The notes under the pieces are model-generated. The model was not told the origin of the DNA, searched no databases, and saw only the letters and a list, made by a program, of their open reading frames with translations. A stretch of 63,358 bases of DNA, counting the filler, from Cercozoa sp. M6MM (Eukaryota > Protista > Endomyxa: Ascetosporea), in the NCBI GenBank assembly GCA_040357565.1. It is 7 parts of 7 records of this genome, joined end to end, with 100 filler letters (N's around TTAATTAATTAA, not from the genome) between each part and the next. Parts side by side here need not be neighbours in the genome. Positions count along the whole stretch, not along the records: positions 24,819 to 30,428 come from JBDODJ010000874.1; positions 30,529 to 33,468 come from JBDODJ010001667.1; positions 33,569 to 36,985 come from JBDODJ010001469.1; positions 37,086 to 63,358 come from JBDODJ010000150.1; 3 more parts are not named here. One strand, given 5' to 3'. A program made the translations under genes and the position numbers. This document shows positions 28,300-40,713 of the stretch, piece by piece (the stretch's first letter is position 1; each line of letters opens with the position of its first letter).

Positions 28300-28341
<42 letters not shown>

Positions 28342-29924
28342 TGAGAACACAAGCAGAAAACACACGCAGCTTGCCGTTGCGACCGACGCCGGTGCGGTGC
28401 TGCAGCGCGCGTCGCACCAGCAGCGCCACCTCGCGCAGGTACACGAAGGCAAAGTGGTACGCCGTCGCCGGCGCCAGCGCCGCCACCTCCACCAGTCCGT
28501 TCTTGACGAAGCGCATGTGCTGCGCCGACGCCGGCGTGTGGAAGCGCGCGTGCGCCGCAAAGCACAGGTAGGCGCGCTTCAGCACCTCGCTCAGCACGGC
28601 CTCGTCGGCGGCGTCGTCGTCGTCGCTGCTCTGGCCTCGGCTCTGACTCTGACTCTGACTCTGGCTCTGGCTCTGGCTCTTCTTCTCGTCACCGTCGTAC
28701 CCTTGCTGCTCAGTGTCGTCGTCCTGCTGCTGCTGCTGCTCATCCTCGTCGTCACTTGCCGGCCACGCGTCCACACAGGCACGTGCCAGCGCGTGCAGCA
28801 CAAAGAAGGCGGCGGCACTCACGGCCGAGCCGTCGCTGCTGCCGCCTCCGCCGCCTCCAGCACTGCCGCCGGCAGCACCCGCAGCAACAGCACCGGCGGC
28901 CGTCGGCAGGCGCGCCCACAGCGGCAGCACGGCGCGCAGCACGCGCTCGCGCTGCTTCTGCAGCAGCGTCAGGAAGGGCGCCAGCTGCTCCAGCGACTGC
29001 AGCACCAGGCGCTGCAGCTGCGCGTCGCCGGCCGCCGCCGCCTGCCGCAGCACGCGCACCAGCGCGTTCAGCAGCGTCACCAGCACCGGCCGCATGCGCC
29101 GGAACACGGCGTGCCGCGCCAGCTGTGCGCGCGCGCTGCCCGTCGTCCGCGCGGTCGCACCGGCCGCGGCCTGGGCCGACTGGGCTGACCGGGCGGACGA
29201 CTCGCCGAACACGCGCACGGCCATGTGCCGGCGGGCCAGCGGCGCCGCGTGCTGCAGCGTCAGAAGCAGCACGTGCTCGTACACGCTGTCGAGGCCGTCG
29301 TACGGCGACTCGTGCTGCTCCTCCTCGAGGCGCGCCTGCATCACGACGCGCAGCACGCGCACCAGGTACCGCAGGCCGCGCAGCGACTCGCGCTCCAGCG
29401 CGTCCTCCAGGTCCGCCAGGTTCTGCTCCGTCAGCTGCTGCGCTTGGAACACGGACATACACATGCACATGCACACGCACACGCACACGCACAGGCACAC
29501 ATACACATGCACACGGGCACATATGCACGCATACACATGCACACAGACAAGGGGACGGGGACACTGCAACACTGCAACACTGGGACACTGGGACACGCAC
29601 CTCGACGCGCTCGATGCGAGCGAGCGACGACGCCTGTCGGTGCCGCTGCTGCTGCTGCTGCTCGGCGTCGGCGAGTCGCGCGATCTGCGCCTCGTCCAGT
29701 TCGGCGAGGTTGAGCTCGCCGTCGCTCCTGTCGCTGTCGTCGTCGGAGTCGTGCTCCTGCTCCTCGCGCATGAGCTGCTCGTAGAACTCGGGGTCCTCCT
29801 GCTTGAGGCGCGCCAGATCGGCCTGCCACAGTCACTCACACATACGCATGCATGTGTGCACACACACACACATCACTCATGTCCATGTCCGTATGGGTTC
29901 ATGTGCAGTTGGATAGACACATAG

Positions 29925-29980
<56 letters not shown>

Positions 29981-30428
29981 AGACACACAGACACACAGAC
30001 ACACAGACACACAGACACAGACACAGACACACAGAGACACAGAGACACAGAGACACAGAGACACAGAGGCAGGACACACCTTGTGCTGCCGGATCTGCTC
30101 GGCCAGCGACACGGCCTCCTGCTCGTCGACGCCGTCCCCCTCGTTCCCCTCGTCCTCTTCGTCCTCTTCGTCCTGGTCCTGGTCCTGAGTGACCTCGTGC
30201 TCCTCCTCCTCGTTCGCACCAGCCAAGGCACGCAGCACGGCGTCGATGTCGTCGGCCTCGCTGTCCTGCTCCTCGGCCTCGCTGTTGTCGTCGGCAGCAC
30301 CGTGGTCCTCCTGATCCTGGTCCTGGTCCTGGTCCTGGTCCTGGTCCAACATGGGCTCGCCGAATACGACGGCGTTGGCCAGCTGCTCAAAGTCGTCGCC
30401 GCCCAGGTCTCGCAGCAGTGCCTGTGCG
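26400..30428 (-). CDS. NOC2: Nucleolar complex protein 2 (5'-partial, multi-exon)
   Basis: HK..DLARLKQEDPEFYEQL, MRFVKNGLVEV..AYHFAFVYLREVA, VYNWQVLHCLDL, FPLVQ..AARFYPLRFH; acidic tail. Confidence 0.9.
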
Positions 30429-30528
30429 NNNNNNNNNNNNNNNNNNNNNNNNNNNNNNNNNNNNNNNNNNNNTTAATTAATTAANNNNNNNNNNNNNNNN
30501 NNNNNNNNNNNNNNNNNNNNNNNNNNNN

Positions 30529-30577
<49 letters not shown>

Positions 30578-30593
30578 CACCCTGTATTGCCAG

Positions 30594-31136
30594 TGATGGC
30601 ACCGTCAAACTGACGGATTTTGGTGTCGCCACTCTGGCTGGCACCGACGGCGCCAACAGCGACTCCGTGGTCGGCACGCCCTACTGGATGGCGCCCGAGA
30701 TCATCGAGATGTCGCAGGTAGCACTCCTCTATATATATATATATATTATAATAATTACCCTTGGCTGCAGACGAGCACAGCGTGTGATATCTGGTCGGTC
30801 GCATGCACGGCTATTGAGTTGCTCGAGGTATAGCTCCCCTCCTCCCCACCACTTGTCAGTCCAGGTGATGCTGATCTTGTGCGACAGGGTTCACCGCCGT
30901 ACTTTGACCTGGACCCGATGCCGGCACTCTTCCGCATCGTGCAGGTACTGCCCTGCTGTCCTGTCTTGTTGTCCGTCCACTTGGACTGTCCTACTGTACC
31001 GGCTGTACCGTCGCTATTGGACAGGACGAACATCCGCCGTTGCCGGTGACGGCGTCGCCAGCACTGAAGCAGTTCCTGCTCGAGTGCTTTCAGAAAGTGC
31101 CTTTTGTTCACATACTGATACATGTATTTAGTATCG

Positions 31137-31167
<31 letters not shown>

Positions 31168-31787
31168 CTTATCTTTAGATATACATGTATAGATATGTAC
31201 ATGTATTCTAGATATACACACAGAGATATGAGTATTGACAGGACCCGAACCTGCGAGTGACGGCAGATCGCCTGCTGAAACACTCGTGGCTCCGACAGCA
31301 CGAGAAGCACCAGGTGTCCCCATACTAAATCTATCTACATGTATGCACACATATATACATATATATTTATATGTATGTATGACTGCAGGAGGACAACGAA
31401 AAGTGGGTCCAAAAACAGCAGCGGCGACTCGCGGTATCCCATGTGCATGTGTGCCAGTATACCCCCAGCCTACCCCTCCCATGGCTATGTGTGTTGTATG
31501 CACAGGACGACGCCACGGACGCTCTCGACCTGGTGCAAAAGACGGTGAAAATGAGCACCGTCAATCTCAGGTAAGTTTGTACCGTTCTTGGTCTGTGGTC
31601 GCCTTAAAGTTGTAGCCACATGTACTCACACCAACTGTCTCTGTGTGCACGCAGAGACATGCGCGAGCAGTTGCAGCAACTGCAACAACAACAACAACAA
31701 CAACAACAGCAGCAACAACAGTTGCCGCCGCAGGTCGATGATGTCACCAGTGGTAGTACAGTACTCCCTGACAGTACAGTACTCCCT

Positions 31788-31839
<52 letters not shown>

Positions 31840-31939
31840 NNNNNNNNNNNNNNNNNNNNNNNNNNNNNNNNNNNNNNNNNNNNNNNNNNNNNNNNNNNNN
31901 NNNNNNNNNNNNNNNNNNNNNNNNNNNNNNNNNNNNNNN

Positions 31940-32015
<76 letters not shown>

Positions 32016-32025
32016 NNNNNNNNNN

Positions 32026-32073
<48 letters not shown>

Positions 32074-33428
32074 CATCATCATCATCATCATCAAGTGTCA
32101 TTGTTGTTGATCTGATGTGATGTCATCGCACACATGTGTGTACGTTGAGTGACAGACGACGGTTTCAGCGACGGTTTCAGCGACATGTCGACCGACGAGG
32201 AGGCGGCGCCGCAGGGCAAGGTCGACATCAGCAAGTGGGCCGACACCGATGACGAAGACGAAGACTACGGCCTCGACGACGACGCCGGTCTCGGTATCAC
32301 CCCTCCCCGCGTAACCACCTTGTGACTGAGTGACCGCCCTGTGACTGAGTGACCACCCTGTGACTGATGAGTGACCACCCTGACTGAGAGTGGAACACGT
32401 GCGCCTGTGCGAGCAGATGTGGCCGTGCTGCACATGCACGAGGAGAGCGACACCGAGGAGGACAGCGAAGTACCCTCCCCTTTACTTCCTTGCTGCCTTA
32501 CCACTTTACCCCCCCCCCCCCGTCTAGGAGGACATCTTTGCCGAACTGGACGAAGGACCGGGCGCTGACTTTGTACCCCCTCCCCTGTGTACATAGTGTT
32601 ATGTTAATGTACCCCCCCCTGTGTGTGCTGGTAGGGCACGGACGAGGACACGCAGGTGGCGCAGGCCGTGCTGCTGGCCGTCGAAGGTTTCCGCGGCACC
32701 TCGGCCGTGTCGGCACTGACGCAGCTGGGCCGTCTCATGCGGGTGTGTGCCTTTTCACCCATCTTTCCCCCATCTTACCCCATCTTACCCTCCCCTCTTA
32801 ACCCCCATCTGACCTCCATCTGACTCCTCCCTCTTACCCCGGCACAGGGACAGGACAGTGCGACGGCACTGAGTGTCATGACGCAGAACGGACTGGTTCC
32901 TCTGGTACTCTTATCTGTATATATAACATATATATATATATATATATATATATGAATTTATCTCTGTATAATATATATATATATATATTGTATGTGTAGG
33001 TGGAGAAACTCGAGAGTGCGGCGGCAGTGCTGTCGGTCGAGTCGGAGGTATTTGCCTATATACGTATGTATATATTTATACACCTATATGCACAGACTTA
33101 TATAGATATTTATATTTATATATACTTATATATATATATATATATGTATCTTGTACATACGAATGGTTACCCAGTCCACCGAACACATGGATGTGGTGGA
33201 TGCCATTTTCGGCCTGTTGCACGACATGCTGGTACTACCTGGACACTAAATCTGGACCACTGACCACCTGGATCACTGACTGACTACCTACACCGATGTG
33301 GAGTACGATACATCTGGACCTGTAACAGGGCGAACAGGACAGTCCGACTGACCAGTCGAGCAAGTGCATGCACGCGCTGTGTCTGGTCGGCCTCGTGCCC
33401 GTGCTGGTGCGACTGGTGCGACCGCAGG
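30594..33428 (+). CDS. STE-group Ser/Thr kinase, Cdc15/SepH/MAP3K-epsilon-like (partial, multi-exon)
   Basis: [66 protein letters not shown]; helical C-terminal exons. Confidence 0.88.
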
Positions 33429-33568
33429 TATCTCTGCCCTTACCCTGCCCTCCTGTTTACCCCCCCCCNNNNNNNNNNNNNNNNNNNNNNNNNNNNNNNN
33501 NNNNNNNNNNNNTTAATTAATTAANNNNNNNNNNNNNNNNNNNNNNNNNNNNNNNNNNNNNNNNNNNN

Positions 33569-33616
<48 letters not shown>

Positions 33617-33657
33617 TGCACACACAAACATGCACACACATACACACATGCACACAG

Positions 33658-34979
33658 TGGCGACGTGGCGGCCATGCAGCCCAAGGCCGTCGGCAGCGGC
33701 GTCCTGGCTTCGTTGACGCGACACATGATGCTGTCGCTGCTGCGGCGTCAGTGCGGTACCTGCTTGGGAACCTCTTTGACTAAACCTCCTTCCTGAACCC
33801 CTTAACTTTGCCCCAGGTTTGCGGAGTCTGTCGTCGTGCGTGATACTGCCCTGTGCAACCGGCATGGCCCTGATGGTATTCTTCTTATCAGTGAGCACTA
33901 GGGGTGCCCTACTCTATCCTGCCAGTTGTCACTGTTGTCGCTCCCGGGCGGCAACATCGTGTGGTCGCGCATCGACCAGAAGACGTGCGTCAAAGCCATG
34001 ACTGCCACGGGTGCCCGGGTGCATCCGGTGCAGCTCCGACGGCACGGCGACCAGCTGTGCACCGACGTCGACGGCATCGCCGACTTGCTCGACACGTGTG
34101 CGTTGCTTGCCCTCCCTTCAACCCTCCCTTCAGCCTTTCTTTGACCCTCCAACCTTCCCCTGACCCTCTCAACCTTCCCCTGACCCTCTCAACCTTCCCT
34201 TGACCCTCTCAACCTTTCCTTGACCCTCTCAACCTTTCCTTGACCCTAAACCTTCCCTTGACCTTGCGTGCAGTGAACGATATTAAGTGCGTCGTCACGA
34301 CGACCTCGTGTTTCGCGCCGCGTGCTGCTGATGACGGTACCTTGGTGTCGTGTAAAACCCACGTGACCATGTGGTCATGTGGTCATGCGACCCATGCGAC
34401 CATCTAGCTGATCTGACACACGTGCGCAGTGCTGGCCGTGGGTCGCATGTGTCACGAGCGAGGCGTCGCGCACGTGGTCAACCACGCGTATGGTGCCATG
34501 TCGCCGCACACCTCGGCGCTGCTCGAGAAGTACCGAGCACTGTCTGGCCATCGGAGGTGGGAATACAAAAATAACCCATGTGTTTAGGGCACTCAGAAGT
34601 ACCAGTTCGCGCGTCGACCTCGTTGTCATGAGTACTGGTAGGCTGACTCCTGTACCCCAACCATGCCGCCCTAACTGTCCCTCTTATTTTCTGCCGTCGC
34701 AGACAAGAACTTCTGCGTTCCTGTCGGCGGAAGCGTCGTGTGTTCCGCGCTGCCTGGACTGGTCTATGCAATTGTGTGCATACCCATCCTGTCTGCCTCT
34801 TCGTACCTTCTTTGTTACAGGTGGACAACGTGGCACAGACCTACGCCGGACGTGCCTCGGCGGCGCCGGTGCTGGACTTGTGCATCTCATTGCTACAGGT
34901 GGGCACACGCGCCTACGCCGACCTGTTCCGACAGCAAGTAGTCCAGCCCTCACTCTCGCCTTTTTATAGTTATTATATG

Positions 34980-35015
<36 letters not shown>

Positions 35016-35708
35016 TGGTACATTTTATGTATGCATTTCTTGATGGACAACTTTACATTACTTGTGTCCAGACCCTTGCGTACGAGGCCTTGCTGCACGC
35101 TGTGTCGGCGGTGGCACGCGAGTTCAACGAACGCGTCCTGGCAAGTCCGCGCAATTTTGTGTCGATCGCCTTCACCCTGGGCAGCACGGTGGTAAGCCTG
35201 TGTTCCACCTACCTGGTGTACACAGAGGCCACGTGTTCATACACCTGTCTATGTACGCACTGTACGCGTTTGGGCAGGACGACAGTGTCGGCATCACGGC
35301 CTCCTTCGTCGGCAGCGCGCTGTTTCGCCGCGGACTGTCGGGCGCGCGTGTCGTCGCTCCTTCCGACTCGCCCAAGGAGATTGGTACTCTCAGTTCCTTG
35401 CTCCTTCCTGTGCCTCCATACACTCCCTCCTTTGCCAGGTCCCCTGCAGTTCAGAAACTGGGGCTCCCAGTGCGACGACTTGCAGGAGCCCTACTGTTGT
35501 GTGGTACCTCTTGTTTCCTGGCAAACTGACAGTGTGCTACCGCTCTGCCACCCTGTGCTGTGTGCAGGCCGCAGGCGCCGGCAGTACGGCCGATGACGCC
35601 GACCGAGTGGCACACAAGCTGCGTCGCACACTGCGCGAGCTGCGTCGCCTGCGACAGAAGCGCCGCCGCACTGCCTGTAGCGACCTATCAGAAGAAAACC
35701 AACCATGA
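33658..35708 (+). CDS. SEPSECS: O-phosphoseryl-tRNA(Sec) selenium transferase (5'-partial, multi-exon)
   Basis: GDVAAMQPKAVGS, LPCATGMAL, WSRIDQKTC, TTSCFAPR, HVVNHAYG, STDKNFCVPVGG (PLP Lys), YAGRAS. Confidence 0.95.
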
Positions 35709-35856
35709 AGTAGCGATGACTTCGCTTCCGCGCCGTCGTCCGGGAACGCCAAAAGGGGAGTTTACGCATATGCGATGGTTCCGTTCTACCGTCAGCGGGC
35801 AGTAGACGACGTGATCCACTCCAGACCGGCTTCTAGTGACGTGATCATCAAACTAT

Positions 35857-36008
35857 CGTCGATATGAACTCTTGGCTGCCACAAGCCAGTTACCCCTATG
35901 GTAACTTTTCTGACACCTCTAGAATCATGCTTCGATCTCTAAAGGATCATTAGGCCACGCTTTCACGTCTCATACCAGTGAAGGTCTGAGTCAACTCAGC
36001 TTTTACCC
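35857..36008 (-). pseudogene. dispersed 28S rDNA fragment
   Basis: Reverse complement matches 6418-6572 of this window with a few substitutions and small deletions. Confidence 0.93.
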
Positions 36009-36223
36009 GAAAACTACTTAAGCAGTGAATCCTGATCACATTGCCACCGAGTTCCCTCCTCCCGTACGCCGGCGCGCGATGCGATGTATGCCGTGCGATG
36101 GATTGATCGAATTTTAACTGAATCCAAAAGGAAACGAATCAAAAATTCAAAAGTTAAAAGTTACAGTGAAAACGGAAGAAACGAAGGCAACGCGAACCGA
36201 ACGAAAACCGAAAGCGGCTCTAG

Positions 36224-36968
36224 TCAGTACGAGTACGAGGCGACACCGACTACAGCAGCAGTCGCGTCGTGTCGTCGACGCGGTCGTCGACCCGCGCGTT
36301 GAGACTCCCGGTGAGACCGCTTGTGCTGATGCCCGCACTGATACCCGTGCTGCCCGACAGTCCGAGTCGGCCAGCCGAGCAGCCGCAGTCCGGATGGCAC
36401 GGCTCGCCGCCCTCTCGCACCTGAGGGTACAGGGGGTAGGGTACAGGGGGGTATAGGGGTATAGGCGTATAGGGGTATAGGCGTATAGGGATACAGAGGT
36501 AGGGTATGGCTCCCTAAGGGATAGGGTAGCCGTAGGGTAGGGACAGGAGTAGTGCGGTAGCTACCTTGCACTTGGCCAGCGGGCCACACACGCAGCCAGA
36601 CGGGTCGCCGCAGGACATGCAGCATGGCATCAACTCGGCGTAGGCTTCGTTCTGCTTGCGTCGTCTGGGGGGGGGGGGGTGGGTAAGGGGGTGTACAACA
36701 AGGCAGCAGAGAGAGAGAGGGGGGGGGGGGGGGAGAGTATACCGCGAGGGCGACATGAAGTTGCGCAGTCGAGTCGACACAGAAGAGGACTGTTGCGACG
36801 TCACAGTGATCGAGCCCTCGGCCTCGTGCTGCTGCTCCTTTGGGTACTCCTCGGCAAAGTCAATGGTCACGTGCCCACTGTCACTGTCGTCCGCCACGCC
36901 AACTCGCCGCGCCTCGGCCTCCACCGACGCCGGCAGCTGCACCTGCGCCTCCAGTGCTCCCGAGGTCT
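36224..36968 (-). CDS. hypothetical protein, 3' exons
   Basis: GC-rich exon-like segments separated by GT-AG introns with the typical C-rich filler; no family recognised. Confidence 0.5.
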
Positions 36969-37109
36969 GCAGGGGGGGGGGGGGGNNNNNNNNNNNNNNN
37001 NNNNNNNNNNNNNNNNNNNNNNNNNNNNNTTAATTAATTAANNNNNNNNNNNNNNNNNNNNNNNNNNNNNNNNNNNNNNNNNNNNTACCCCCCCCCCCCC
37101 CGAGTGCAG

Positions 37110-39695
37110 GTGGCGGCGGCGCGGCGCGTGTGTCGTCGCGCGAGTGCCGAGTTGCCGCTGCCGATGTCTCTGAAACTCGAGTCGCTGCTGCAGCCGGCTT
37201 TGTTGGTACTGTCTGTCTGGACACGCAGTAGCCCACCGGTGTAGCCACCTGTGTAGCCACCTGTATGACTAAGTGTGTCGTCATCTACCCGTGTATGTAG
37301 GTGAGCAAGAAACGCTACCTGGGCCGACGGTGCCGCCTGGAAGAGGCCGCCACCGACGTCCGCGCGGACGCACTCAACGTCCGCGAGGACGGTCTGCTGC
37401 TTAAGGGCGTCGAGGCCGTGCGGCGCGACGGCTGCGTCGCCGCTGCTGAGGGTTGGTTTTACTCCCCCTTCTCTACCCCTTTTACCCCCCTCTTTACCCC
37501 CTCTTTACCCTCCCCTTACTCCTCTCTTTACGCCGCTTTTTACTCCCTATTTACCCCCCTATTTACCCTTCTTTACCCCCGGTAGCCCAGCGATGTGTGG
37601 CCGAGTTGTTGTTCGAGACGCGCGATGCGACGTTGGTGCGACGTTTTCTGGAGCAGCAGTGGGCCGCGTTGGAGCAGCATGCCTGTGTGTACCCCGCCCT
37701 TTACCCCTACCCCCACCCCTTTCCCTTTACCCTACCTTCCCCCCTTTACCCCAGCGACCTGGACCGACACGCAGTGCCACTGCGCGACCTGATGATCACG
37801 CGGCAAGTGAAACTCGGAAAATACAAAAACGACGACACGGCGCCTGCCGTGGCACACCTGGCGTAGTCTTGCTTCCGCGCGGATGTGCTCGCCCACAAAT
37901 ACCACAGATGCTTGTTGTGTGTACTGTCGTAGGAAACGCTTGGCTGCCTACGATGATACACTGGAACCGCAATACAAGGTAGCTGCCCAGGGGAGAGGGT
38001 AAACGGGGGAGTAAACGGGGGGAGGTAAACAGGGGGGGGTAAACAGGGGGGTAAACATGTGCCGTGCCTGCCGCAGCAACGCGTGTCGTTCCTGGTGCCG
38101 CAGTCGCACCACGCGACACTCAAGCAGCGCATCGTCGCGGTCGACGAGTTCCTCGGCGTCTTCGACTCGAGGCGGTACTCCATGTGTCCATCTGTCCCTG
38201 TCCATCCGTGCCTGTCCATTTGCCCCTGTCCATCTGTCCCTGTCCATCTGTACCTGTCCGTGTGTCCTCGCACGACAGGAGTAGCCAGTCGACGCTGACG
38301 CCGTCGCGCCGCATCGACGCTGCCTACTACTGCGACGCCGCGCTGAACCGTCCGATCGGTAGTCTCCCTCTTGGCACGTGTCTCACTTGGCACGTGTCTC
38401 ACTTGGCATGTGTCCCACTTGGTCCCACTTGGGGACTGACTGATTGGATGGTGACACGTGGGTTGGCACGTGTGTTGGCACGTGTGTTGGCACGTGGGTA
38501 GGCCGCCTGCTGACGCTGTGCGGTATCCGCGTGGACGAGTGGTTCCGCGCGTACCGCACCGTGCGGCGTCGGCGGCACCGTCAGCAGGAGCGCCGTGAGT
38601 GGCACGTGCCCCTGTGGCGATCACTCGGAGGGCACGTGCGTCGCTCGCTGCGTCACTGCGACCGCTCGGTGCTACTGACACGTGCGACGGTGCGGCACTT
38701 GCTGTCACGACTCAGCGATCAGAGTGATCGTGACGGTGACACTGACGGTTCGGCGATCACTGCCGGTGACATTGACACTGACAGCGACCTGGAGGACTGC
38801 ACGTGGCACCGTCTGCACTCGATCACTGACGGTTTCGATCGACTGAGTGATCGCACACTGATCGCTCTGCTGAGGGAAACCGTCGCAGCTGCGCAGGACG
38901 GTGCCGCTGTCGCTGTGTCGCACTGCCAGCTGTGCCACGTGCCAATGCCACGTGTCACTGACGGTGAGACACGTGTCACTGACGGTGTCACTGACGGTGA
39001 GACACGTGTCATTGACGGTGTCACTGACGGTGTCACCGACGGTGCGGCGGTGCACCTGCTGTGCCGCGAGTGTTTGGACACGTGCGCGCCGTCGCTGCTG
39101 CTGGGTGCGACACGTGTGCAGCGTGACACGTGCCGCGACATCGAGTCGCTCGCGCGGCACTGCCTGGCCTGTCGTGGCCGTGCGCTGCCGTGCCAGAGTC
39201 ACGAGTGTCTGGGTACAGTGCCACTTGACCACGTGTGACTGGGGTGACTGGGTGACTGGTACCATGTGGAATGGGGACACGTGCGCAGTGCGGTACGACT
39301 GGCCGCGCCTGCAGGAGAAACGCGAGCGACTGCACGTGCTGCGTTCGGTGCTGCAGTCGCATCTCGGCGTCCGCGCGGGCACGCACGCCGTCAGTCCGGT
39401 GCTGCGCGCGGCGCGTGCGCTGCTGCTGCTGCGGCGGCAGTTGCGACAGGCGCGAGATGTGCTGACCTCGCCTCGGACAGACACGAGCACTGGCAGCAGT
39501 CGCCGTCGGACGCAGTTCGAACGACTGCACTGTGAGGCTATTGGCATGCGTATAGACTCGCTGTTGCAATTGCTGCCGGACCTGCAACGTCGAGAGGTGA
39601 CTCAGTCATCTCTCTGGACTAGGTTTAATTTGACTGTGTGTATCGAAGGAAACCAACGACACGAACACGGACTCGGAGGAGAAACTGCCACCTGA
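37110..39695 (+). CDS. REV3: DNA polymerase zeta catalytic subunit, C-terminal part (multi-exon)
   Basis: SKKRYLG, LKGVEAVRRDGC, LFETRD, EPQYKQRVSF, IDAAYYC; CysA (CQLC..CREC) and CysB (CLAC..CQSHECLVRY). Confidence 0.9.
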
Positions 39696-40713
39696 ACTGA
39701 GAGCACTCGTGATGCGGGCACTGCGCCGACTCGTGCTGCTGCTGCGCGACTTGTCCCCCCTTTAGCTCGTTCAGTTGATGTGTCAACTCTTAGTTTACTG
39801 CATACTGTATCGTATGTAACCACTTTCAGGTTTCAGTTTGTTAGCTTTGTCTGCATGGATGGTCGTGAAATGATGGTAGTTACTACGGTTAAGTTGCATC
39901 TGGGCATTGCAGTGATCATGACAATTACCACGTGTCCTCCAACCGCAACTTGTCTGCCCGCGGTAAATCCCACGCGTGGATAGTGCCTTCTTGGTAATTT
40001 GTCACGTAATTACCACAAACTAAAGTCTCAACCGTGGTAATTACCATGACGTTACGACGTATTTTAGGCTGTAGTAATACCAGTGAGCGTAGTAAGTTTA
40101 ATTTATCGACTGTGCCGGAATTACCATTCAGTACACTATTTTTAGTCACTTCGGGAGCCAGGCAGTTTTGACGAGTCACGATACCAAGACCATCGCATTC
40201 CGCATGTACAGAACTCGCCTTTCACCGTTGCTCGCTCATTCGGTTGTTTGGCGACTCTTGCGACTCGAAAGTCGCGTAATTTTGCTTCTTTTTCTGACAG
40301 GAAACCCATCGCGGAAAGTCGCGATAATTTTATTGATTTTGATTTTGCCTCGAAAAAAACTCGCCATACCCGAAGGTCGATGCGATGCGGATGGTAATTA
40401 CCACGAGCTGGTTTATTCCCCCGTACGACGCGACGTTAATTCTAAAACGGCTCTTAGTGGTAATTACCATCGACGGGCTCGAGTTGAGGCGTCGCAAGAG
40501 AGTGTGAGACATGTGTTTTAACATGTACGAGTCCCACTACTGGTTCTAGCACACTGCTGGGTCCTGCATAGGTCTAACAACACTACGACGTTTTGTTATT
40601 TTGACGATGTAGAGGCCCATTGAGCGCAAGTACTAGGGGTCCGATCACTATATCAGCGGCCGGTCGGTGGTATCGACTGCTTAACATAAAGCAATTCATT
40701 TGGTATGCGCATG

